This document shows, one piece after another, positions 26,101 to 37,300 of a stretch of DNA of 64,000 nt (positions are counted from its first letter, which is position 1; the number at the start of each line of letters is the position of its first letter). The position numbers and the translations under genes are program-made. Source of the stretch: Tubiluchus corallicola (Eukaryota > Animalia > Priapulida); NCBI GenBank assembly GCA_030141605.1, contig JAQGDQ010000132.1:248001-312000 (forward strand), read 5' to 3'. Below the pieces are notes generated by a model. It had not been told where the DNA came from and searched no databases. It was given only the letters and a program-made list of their open reading frames with translations.

Positions 26101-27972
26101 CACTATTATTTTTTGGACCAACATTTCCGCCCTATACTATTACTCTGCCTATACCATTATTTGGAATGCAAGAGTAATGTGCAGTAACAATGCCATAAAA
26201 GCAGCAGTAACAAACAGACAAACACTCACACTCTCATTTGAAGACTGTGATGCTTTTCCCCCTTGATCACCTTCTCAATGAAAGAAATAACCATATTTTC
26301 TACTTGTTCTGTCGGAATGATGAATATCAGTGAAATAATACTGTTCAGCACAGCTTCCGCATCTGAAACCATGGTAACAAATTATTGAAAACAATCGAAA
26401 CTATTAAGAGACAACATCTTAAAAGTTTAAGCCTAGTGCACACCTCAGAAAAAGCATTAAATGAAAAACCAATAGTAATAGTGTGCAGCAGAGTAAGACA
26501 TAAAAAAACGAAACCGAAAATCTGGTGTCGCTGTACAAAAAACAAATGTTTGGCGAATCAAACACAGCCGAATTTGCAAACAAGAAACAACTGCTTGCCT
26601 GCTGTGCGCATTAGCTGTTTCACAAAACAGCCAACCAGACATCAAAAATTAATCATATTTTTCAAATTCAGTTTTATCTCAGACATAAAAGCGTCCATAC
26701 AGTTAGCTATGCACAGTATATGATAAAAGATTAAAACAAATTAATAAATTACAAAAAATTATGTACATAGATGAAGCATAACACATAGGCCTGCATATTT
26801 AAGTATGTCTGAGAGAGATAAGGTTTACAAAAATTATATATATAATATGTCCCTCTATCTGCCATAAAGCCTGGAGGTACGATACACATCAAACAGCCTT
26901 AAGCATCTCAGATAGGTATTATCTCACATTTCAAGGTGCAATTTTAAGGAACATGAACATTTCCTTAACAAGATATCATATGATGCAGTTAAAATTTTGT
27001 TACCCACCCACTTTTTATTTCTAGTTTGCAGGGGACACACTTTTAGAAAAGAAAAACACGAAATCAATGCAAAGCAATTTGAATCAAAATTGTTTAGTGT
27101 TTGTTGCTTTCTATCAGTGCATTAGTCATTAAGAGCACGTTTGTACAATTTATCTATCACACCAATCACACCATGTCAAAACCTGGAGAAAATATGATTA
27201 AACTAGCCATTACTAATGAATTAAATAAGTGAAAAAATTGAAAACTTAAGATAAACCTGCTTCAGTGGCTTGTTTCCAGACTATTCCACTTGCATCTATG
27301 ATCTTGGCCAAGTCATAAACTAGTCCTTGATCTGAATTTTCCTCTGAGATCTCAGCACCAAGTGATTTCAAGTAAGCCCGCAGATCTTGCACCTAAATTG
27401 AATTGAACTTTGAATATTAATCAAGTCAACAATGAGTTCCTAAATCTGCATAATATTTCAAAAATATTAGCTTAACCAAAGTTGGAATTTAACCATAGGA
27501 AATCCTAACAATTTACATTAAAAATTTCTTAGCTGCATAGCAATATGGTGGTTATAGTAGCAATAGAATAAGTGTGATATGTCTGACAGGTAAGAAATTT
27601 GATGTAAACATGCCAGAAACGCGTGAGGCTCAAAAAACATCGTCTTTGAGCATAACATTAAAAATTAGGTATGAAGAGTTCAAATATACGCAAATGAAAC
27701 GTTTATTAACATAACGGCTGTGGAAATTAAAAGCTAACTGTGGCTTATTCCGCCATAAGTGAAACTCAGGGGCTGATCAATCGTCGTATCGTATGTGCAG
27801 CGCAGATCGTCATATTGCGCTAAGCAATCATATCGAAATCGGCGATCGCTCGGCGGGACCTGAATTCTAATAGAGTGCCGCTTCGTCATTAACGTGGTAT
27901 CTAGCGATAGTGATAACCCACCTGCTCTGACTCGGACAAGTCTATAAAAGCTGGTACCCACGCAGCACACAT
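20176..27972 (-). CDS. EIF3M: Eukaryotic translation initiation factor 3 subunit M (PCI domain)
   Basis: Exons 27972-27922, 27392-27257, 26362-26230, 24751-24628, 24334-24156, 23157-23058, 22595-22514, 21195-21052, 20357-20176, all in phase. Motifs [92 protein letters not shown] on minus strand near 20070. Confidence 0.96.
20471..20678. repeat. Diverged direct duplication (~93-bp copies, 114-bp period) in the last eIF3m intron
   Basis: catcagcaa...tgttactga...ggtgccaagaatttctaaaa...tgctaaaaacaatggc occurs at 20471 and 20585. Confidence 0.85.
24990..25950 (-). mobile_element. Degraded non-LTR retrotransposon ORF2 C-terminal fragment in eIF3m intron 3
   Basis: Minus-strand [14 protein letters not shown] resembles the post-RT LxxxxGxPPL motif; further downstream [16 protein letters not shown] resembles the C-terminal CCHC knuckle. 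Boundaries approximate. Confidence 0.55.
25363..25534. repeat. 43-bp minisatellite, 4 near-identical copies
   Basis: Unit acatttccatattcctaatatataattatcaatatc(a/g)ctttta at 25363, 25406, 25449 and 25492. Confidence 0.95.
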
Positions 27973-28324
27973 AATATTAATTTGCCTACACCAGTCTTGT
28001 TTTGCCAATCCAGTAATTACTCAAATCTGAACTCCAAGTGTGGTACTCAGTGTCAGTTATTAAATTTACCACAAAATATTCGTTTCAATACTCGGCAGTG
28101 GTCACGCGTAACTCCATTTACTCCATGCGTGCCGCGATACCTACCGAAAATGATGACAGGTGTTATTCTGTGAAGCACGAAAAAATAAAATAAGAATGTT
28201 TATTAAATATAAACAGCTGTCTTTAGCAATAGTTTCTCGCTAATTTGCACTTCAAAACAATAACATGTTAAACGATTGTTAGTTTTATTTTTATTATTTT
28301 TCGGTAAGTAATTACGTCATCAAC
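27973..28324. promoter_or_regulatory. Putative bidirectional promoter shared by EIF3M and CARS1
   Basis: Divergent start codons at 27972 (-) and 28325 (+), 352 bp apart; local CpG enrichment (acgcgt, gccgcg); CRE/ATF-like TTACGTCA at 28312-28319. Confidence 0.65.
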
Positions 28325-31300
28325 ATGGCAGAAAAAAGCGTGGCTGGCAAGTTATTCTATTAATTTCAGTAGCTAATTTGAGCGATTAATCCTGCATACC
28401 AAACCTATTTATAATTTCTGGAAAGGAATTTATAATTTAATCATGAAAGTTTAGTTATTGATCATATAACTTTCTTTTATTTCTCATGATTCGACTATGC
28501 AACTCGGTTGGCAATATCTAGTATTATTACTATTAGTAGGGTGGCTGAACGAAAATTGTAGAGCGCGCCACCATAGTCGCAACTGTGCTCATTTGATAGT
28601 GCCATGAGCATATAGTTAATTAAAAAAAACCAGATTTAAAATAATTAGTTTGTTTTGAAATGGCGGTCAGTTAAAGTTCAAAAAAACGCTCGCGTTTTAG
28701 GAGTAACAAAAAATGACTGAGCAAAAAGTTAAAAATTGTACTTTTAGCATTCGATTATTTATAACTAAATATTCCAAATACAAGTTTTAGTATGTTAGTG
28801 TTGTTAAATGGAGTGCATTGCACGAGAAATAATCTTATCAAGTCATATGGCAACATAGTATTCATTTTTCCAGCATCCAAAATTCATCCAAAAGATGTTT
28901 TACCTTAACAGGTGTGAAAATGGACCTTTTACGAAAGTGTGCTAACTTGTCTACTTTAGAGTGTTATAAAAGATGCCAATTCAGCTGGTAGTTAATTGTT
29001 AATATGACTTTTGGTAGCTCAGTGTACATAGAACAGATATTCATAAACACTTTGCATCTTCAGATGACACATTTGGAGAAAATAAATGTCTATGTCTATG
29101 ATTCCATAGCTGAACTACACAATACTCAAATCCTTACGATCGTCTGCCCTTAATAAACGACTTGCTGTTAAAAACATTTGTTAAAAACCAGCAGTTGTTA
29201 TATGAGCCAAGCATTGACACAACTTGGTGATGAATACCTGCAATGTTGCTGTTACCTTTTCTGGTGTGTGTTTTTTAACATCATTTTAATCATGACATAA
29301 GTTCAACATATATTATATCAGGTAATAGTGTTAAAGTATAGAGCCTGAGGACTTTTAACTGATGATTAAACAGTCAAAAATGTCTAACAGAAACATTTAT
29401 CTAACTATTGCAGGCAAAAAACGTGTACAACCGGCATGGACGCCACCAAGTGGAGAACCGGTTGGCACTTTGAGACTGTACAACAGTCTTACCCGTTCAA
29501 AGGAGCCATTCCTTCCACAATTTGGTAATAAGGTATTGTGGTACAGTTGCGGACCTACAGTGTACGATGCATCACATATGGGCCATGCAAGGTAATAATC
29601 AGTGATAGCTTAGTTAAGTACCTTTTCATGTTTACTGGTAATGTGTCTTAAATTACAGTTGTACACTTGTAGCAAGTTAAACAACAGACAGCACGTTTTT
29701 ATGTCTGTGAAGGCAAGTCTAGTAGGTGGTATTGATATTGGTTTGTTAGTTGTTAACATAACATCAGTGACAACACTAACTAACAGTACAAGAATAGCGA
29801 GTTCTATTTTCTTTTATCTATATTCTAGAGTTCAGATAAACTCCCAGAGTAACATCCCAGAATTAATGCAAGAGCAAGTTTCGATTTTTGCATTTTGATT
29901 TTGCTAAATTATATATGTATATATATTTTTTCATCTTCATCATGATTTTAGTAATTAGTTAATTGTGCACATATGCAAAGGCCCTATAGCAGTATTAATT
30001 AAATAATATTTTTCGTCATTGAGAAGCTACAAGTGATGTTAACCGGTATTAGGAAATAAATAACCATTCTAAAACTGCTTTTATATCAGTATGATTTACA
30101 AACATAAAAATTTTGAAAATCTGGAAAATGTTGCAGAATCCTTTCGACGTATCTTTGACTGTGTGAATGAAGCTAATGCAGCTGTGAGTCATGTAAGTTT
30201 ATATATTAATTTTATACTTATTTATAGATCTTACATCACATTTGACATACTGCGGCGGGTCATGAGAGATTACTTCAAATATGATGTCTTGTATGCCATG
30301 AATATTACGGATATTGATGATAAGGTAATAGCAACTGAAATTTTTTCAGTTTGTACGCATAAATATTTTTTCATAATATATTTAATAACATTATAACATT
30401 TTGCAAACTTTGTTTAAGCAGAAAATGTCTATTATTTGGTAGTTGTAGTGGTAGTGGTAGTGGTAGCTGTAGTGGTAGTGGTAATGGTAGTTGTTTCTAA
30501 GTGTTTGTTTTTTGTTAAGAGTGTTTCTCTGTTGTACATTTTGCAATGTACATATGAAACTATATTAACAAATGAACTAGTCCTCGGTTTTTTTAGAACA
30601 AACAAATCAGTTTTTATAAGACAAATGTATTGAGCATTATTACCTGGCAAACTGTTCTGTGCTATGTAGATCATCAAACGTGCAAGGCAGACCCATCTAC
30701 TGGAAGAATATGAAACAAATCTGAAGACTCTTTCTCAAATGCTTGCTGACATTACGGCTTCGATGGATGTAAGTTCAGTTTAATATTAATATTAACACCA
30801 AAATAATTGCCACTGAAGTGTCGAGAAAGTATGGGTTCAAACCCAAGGGTCGGAGTTTTGCAAAGTTGATGTTTACAAATCTTTGGCAAGACCTTTATTG
30901 ATTATTTTTGTTCCTTTAGGGATAAAATCGTAATTGCGCAAGTTGGAAATTGTGCTGTTGTATAATGCAATTCTTATGATTAATCAAAAACTGTCTGTGT
31001 ATAGCAGACATTTGTAGCAAATGCCAAAAGTTCCTTTTTTGAATTTGGAGGCATGGTCAAACATTTTCTCCTTTAATGTGTGTAAATTGAAAGCAGTTTT
31101 AGATAAATTAGTTTTCAGTATCAGTAAAACAAGTAACTATTTTCTGATTATGTATTGGAATAATGATTCATTTTTATTCAAAATTATCGCCACTAGTTTT
31201 ATTTCAAATTATATTTCTGGAATTTCTTCAGATGTCAATGATGAATAAAATATGGAATAAAAAAGATTTTCTGAAACAGAACATAATAAGATTGTAATTG

Positions 31301-34300
31301 ATTGATTAATACTTTGATTTAATGAGAATTGTTTATCAATGGGCATGTTTTTTATTAAAGCTCAATTTTTTATTTTTTATTGCTATAACTATTTCTTGTT
31401 TAGTTGTGCTACACTCTAAATAACAGGATTGACTGGTTCTTTGTCATAAAATTAATGCCAAGGTACTATTGACTTGCCAAACTAATTTTTCTAGCCCTTT
31501 GCTGCTCGAATTACGACGGAAACAGATGCAGATAAGAAGAAGATGTTGGAGGGCATAGTGAGTAAAGTGAATGCTGCCGTGACTCAATTAGAAAAGGCCG
31601 TTCAGTCAGAAGACCAACCTGCAATAGCTGCAGCAAGAAAAGTATGTTCGTAATTCATAGCTAAACAAACGATTTTTCTGCTATTTAGCTTTTATTTAAA
31701 TTTTCTGCTGTAGGTTAGTTGCTCCAGTTATGTTACAGTAATTTCTAAGCACAGTACTCACCAATTTATATTATTTATAATTAATGATATACTGTGATGA
31801 AGCATCACTCGCCATATCTTTGTTTCTGTTAAGATGTTTGAGTTATCAAGGTGATTTGAACAACGTTTACCATGAAGATGTAGATAACAGAGTTCCTTGT
31901 TTAATACAGATACAGAGTATAAGAAAGACACAAAAAATTCCAATTTTGTGGTCGTTACAGGACTGTTTCTTTTTTAATATCTTTAGTAGTTTACACATCT
32001 TTTAAATTGTACATAAAATTAAGATTGTAAGAACAGGTTTGAATAATTTGTTTTCGTTTGCACTGACCTCCTGTGATTTTGTACAAAAACTTGCATGTAG
32101 GACCGTTAAATATTCAATTCAGTTTAGTGCATTAGCTGTTAGTACCATTATAATCATGAGAATTAAGTAGTGATGATTCTTTAAAACATTCATGCATGCC
32201 TTATGTTGTTGCATCATTTGTAATTGCAGGTACTTTTAGAGGAAGCCAGAGATCCATTGGGTGATTGGCTGGACAGTCAAAAAGGGGCCTCAATTGTTGA
32301 CAATTCAATATTTGCAAAACTACCTCGATACTGGGAGGGCGAGTTTCACAAAGACATGGAAGCTTTAAATGTTAGTGAAATTTATTGAAATCTTGTACTG
32401 ATATGTTAATGTTTTGATAAGAAATAAACGAAATCTTTTCTAGGTCACTAACTATGTGAAATGTACTGAACTACAGAGAGAATTATAGGATAAACTGTTC
32501 TTTAGGAATACCTGGTTAATAATTTTGTACAGAGTAACTGAGGTTTTTGCCTTTAAATTACTGTAACCTAGTCAAGGCAGGTTGAATCTGAAAGTCAGAC
32601 ATCTAGATATTTCTGTCTAATCTGATACCGCCCCTAGTTTTTCATGTATTGTGAAAGAAATTGTTGGGAAGCTGATAACTTAATTTTTTGTCTGACTTAT
32701 CTGTCAATTGCGTGAGTTTTTTGTCAGACTTGTCTGTTAATTGTGTGAGTTTTTTGTCAGACTTGTCTGTTAATTGTGTGAGTTTTTTTGTCAGACTTGT
32801 CTGTTAATTGTCTGAGTTTATGTCACACTTACCTGTGAATTGTGTGAGTTTTTTGTCAAACTTGTCTGTTAAGTGTGTGGGCTTTTTGTCACACTTATGT
32901 GTGAATTGTGTGATTACTGATTTTGAATTCTTCAGTATAAACCAGTTAACAAATTTGGTTATTATATTCTACTTGTTAATTTTAAAATTGATGCAGTTTG
33001 TATAAATTTTTTTTACTTCTTCTTTTTTGATGTATGCTATATTCAAATCAGGGCTAGATTAACTGCTCTATTGTCATGTATATACAGTGGGCCTATGATT
33101 ACCTGTGTAGATTGGACATACACACAAGGCCTATAATGTTGCTTATAATGTTGATTTTAAACTTTAAGATTAAACTTTCTTATCACATAATAATAATAAT
33201 TTATAGTCCAAGGATAACGTCTTAAGTAACTCAGTACTTATTTCCAAGGTGGTCCCGATTATTATTACCCGCACGTTACTTCGGTAAACTAGTGGTACAA
33301 TCGAAGAACCAGCGGTACAATTTTTCAAGTCTTTGGTATGACTCGGTTGAGAGTTGAATTCACATCCTCCCGGGTGTGAAGCGAGCATGCTACCATTGCC
33401 ACCTTGTACCAGTTGTAGAATATAATGTAGTGGTATTCAACAAAATCTGGTATAGAGATGACAGTGCGGTAAGAAAGCGTTGCTTTTTGACACTAATTTT
33501 TCACACATTTCAGGTTTTACCAGCAGATTGTCTAACTAGAGTAAGCGAATATGTGCCTGAGATTGTCACATTTGTACAAGGAATCGTTGACAATGGGTTC
33601 GGCTATGAGTCAAATGGTTCTGTGTACTTTAGCACTGACAAGTTTGACAGAAGTGATGGCCACACATATGCAAAGTTAGTGCCAGAAGCATACGGAGATA
33701 GCAAGGAATTACTAGGCGGAGAAGGTAAGTTTAAATTTTACATATCCTGTAAATTCTGCATTATTTGAATAGGTCAGGCCATTGAGCAAACATCGTTACC
33801 ACTCAGCTATGTTTGTCATCTTGTACATTTTTTAGATTGCCTGTTTCTCTTGTAATGTTTATCCCATTTGATATTAGAGCATGCAATTTATGCCTACATT
33901 TCTACAAGCCGCTTATTTCTAGTATAAGTTCCAGCATAAACTTTGAACTCTTCACTCATGTCACATAGTTTGGTTTGGTTAAATTTGCAATATGCATGGA
34001 TGGATGTTTATATTTGTCATTTTGCTGTAATTAAACTTGATATTTTACTAGTCTAATTTTAACTCGTCACTTACAGCTAAAGAGACTAATCGTCATTAGC
34101 GTTATTGAATTAAGTAAAAACATGTATTCCTCTATTAAACTGTCAATGTTGTAATAAATTTTCATTTTTAGGAGATCTGTCCATTTCTGAAGACAGGCTT
34201 ACGGAGAAGCGATCACCAAATGACTTTGCTTTGTGGAAGGCATCAAAACCGGGTGAACCTGCCTGGGATTCTCCATGGGGCAAGGTATTTCTAATGCCTA

Positions 34301-37300
34301 AATCCCCCTAAAGCCCTACTAAAATGTCTTACATGTTGCTTTTAGCCGTGAAAAGTTCTTTTTGTTTGTCTGCATACATTCCTCACATTCTGCTGTGATC
34401 ATGTTTATTTACATGCTATATCGGTTTCTGCTAAGAGAATAGTCTTTGACTCTTTTAATGAATATGAAAGTCTGTGATCAGAATTAACAAAAAGTTTTCA
34501 ACTAACTGAGATAGACCTGAGTTGATCTTGTGCACCGGTCAACTTGTTACTTTGTTTTTTTTCAGGAAAATAATTTCCAAAAATAAAATTTACTATTCTT
34601 GTAAAAGTAGTAGCTCTTTATTATTAATGTCCAAGTGGAATCACTGTGGTGTGAGCAATCTCACAGAAAATGCTAAATTTTGTTGGCCTGTTATAAGGGA
34701 TGAAATTTGGACTGCCTTGGTTGAAAGGGAATACGGTGGCCTAGTGGTCTAAAGCATCTGCCTTGCAAGTAGAAGGTCCCCGGTTCAAATTGAGACTGTT
34801 TCCAGTTTTTTCACATTACCTGTATTTAATGTTTGATATCAATAATTAATCAATTGTGTGTTTGAATAATTACCGATAAACGTTGAATTTGCCAAAAAAT
34901 ACTTAAAAATGCACGTCTATAGCAAGAATTCATACTAGATCAGTTTTCTGAAACTAATAATGATGATTTGACAGCTTGTAAAAATTTGTAAATGTGTTTA
35001 AAAGAAGAGGCAATTTTAAACTATTTAGGGCCGACCCGGTTGGCATATTGAGTGTTCTGTGATGGCCAGCAGTATATGCGGCGAATCATTAGATATTCAT
35101 ACTGGAGGCTTTGATCTGAAATTTCCCCATCATGATAACGAGCTTGCTCAAGCTGAGGTACACAATATTATCATTTATATGAATTAATTGTCAAAATTGG
35201 TATCGTTACTTAAAATGAAACTAAAACCCTTATTATAATATAAGTTTTTACAACTTAAAATCCTACTCTCGTTACGAATACTCAATTTACTTTATTACAA
35301 ACTTACTGTAAAACTTGTTTCTTTTGATTTTTATCGCTTTGTTGTTAGCGATTTTAAACTTTAAAAACTGCCATTTTTCCTTGTGCGAGACGAACCACGT
35401 TATGAGGTTATGAAAGATCAGTAACCAAAGATGCTTTCTGTACCTCATACGTCATTCTCGCTCACTCGCAATTTACGGCAATGCATCATTCGAAATTTGC
35501 CAGGAAAAGGTAAGTTACTTAATTTAGATGTTTCTTTAGTTAAATAATAACTATGAATTCTTTGTGTAATTGTAATAATGTGTTAAAAAACATCAATGTC
35601 TATTGGGGTTATATAGGCCTTTAAGCTCACTTTCTGATTCAGACTCTGGCTTTTATTGATTCAAGAGATCTCTATTATATTAGGTGGTGTTTGTATGCAT
35701 TTACATCACACGTAGCAATATCGGAGTGCTTATTGGTTTTAGGAGTTTGCTAATACCTTTGCTGTTGCAGGCGTATTTTGGAAACGATCACTGGGTACGG
35801 TATTTTCTCCATGCCGGTCACCTCACCATTGCTGGGTGTAAGATGGCTAAATCATTAAAAAACTTTATCACAATTAAAGAAGCTTTACGTAAGTGTAGTG
35901 ATTGTTTCAGTAGATGGTTTTCTTACAAATAATGAATCATGTTAATTGACTATCTAGCAATGCTTTTGCTTATAAGATTAGTAGTTTGCTCAATTATGTC
36001 TGCTATCTTATAATATATATATTTATGTATATATATAATGTTTAATAGGGTAGATTGTTTTGAGCTATAATATAAGACTGGATTCAGTTTTCTGTTAAGT
36101 AAATGTCATGTAAACATTTAGCGAGTTTCATACAGGTAGCAATACTGTCTATAGCTAGTTAAATCTCTGGGCAGATACCGAAAACTTGTAACTTCTGGTA
36201 GTAGATTTCCTTGGTTTGTTGATGCATTTTTGCAAATACAGAAACTTACTACAGCTGACTGTCTAGAAATGCTGTTTCAGAAAAAAACAGTGCGAGACAG
36301 TTGCGCTTAGCTTTCTTGTTACATTCTTGGAAGGATACTTTAGACTACGGTACCAACACCATGGAAACTGCTGTGCAATATGAAAAGTTTGTAAATGTAA
36401 GCATTGTGATTTAGCCTTGCAAAAATATCCGACTTTCTTTTTACTAAATCTAAACTAAAATTAGACTTCTTTTTAACTGATTTTTTGTGATGTAACGGTG
36501 AATAGTTTATGAATTACAAAAATGTTTTGATCCATTGACCAAAGTAATCTCTTGCTATCTGTCATAACTGAAGGCTATAGTCCGTGGACTTTGGGTCTCA
36601 AAATCCCTAATGTCTTGGGTTCACTACCAGTGAACGTGCAAATTTTTTTCAGATTTTCTAATTTGGTATTGCATTTGAACATTTACAGAGTTAATTTGCA
36701 AATTTCACGCTTGTGGAATTTCTGTTTGCATTTAGCTGTTTTAACTACTACATTGCCGCTTACATTTTATTACCGTCTGTGTGAAATTAGATAGCTGTTG
36801 TTTTAGGAATTCTTTCTGACCGTGAAGGACATCCTCAGGTCGACTCCCAGTCATGGGGTGGCAGCATTCCAGAAATGGGAGCAGGAAGAACTAGATCTGA
36901 ACACAAAGTTCTATGAGAAGAAAGCAGACATACATGCTGCTCTATGTGGTACTATAGCTAATCATTAGACATTACTTTTTGTCCACTACGTATGTTTTTT
37001 GTTATTCAAGCTACTAAATAAACACAAGAATTGTGATTGTTTACGGAACTGATCAATTTGGAATGTGCTTTTTATATTAGTGTTAGGTAGGTTTTCCGAT
37101 ATAACTAGCGAGAAAAATACGTTACTCTTTGTGAAGAGTCTTGCCGCTGATTTGTGAAATTAATTTAAATACATAATTTGCTGACTTAACGTTGTTTGCA
37201 GTTTGTTACATGTTCTTGCCTATTATTACCAAAGAACTTTTCCTTATGTTATAACCAGTGTGTATATCTAGATTCGGTGGATACACGGAGTTGCCTTGAT

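Noticed and set aside
28347-29413. Cassette exon for the GST-like insert known in vertebrate CARS1
   Set aside because: Candidate acceptors near 28873 and 29063 hit stop codons in the required phase.
30432-30677. Poly-Val and poly-Thr ORFs
   Set aside because: Trinucleotide microsatellite in a CARS1 intron.
35210-35623. Kolobok-like TTAA-flanked MITE
   Set aside because: Right end is plausible (tataggcctTTAA) but the left end is too diverged to support.
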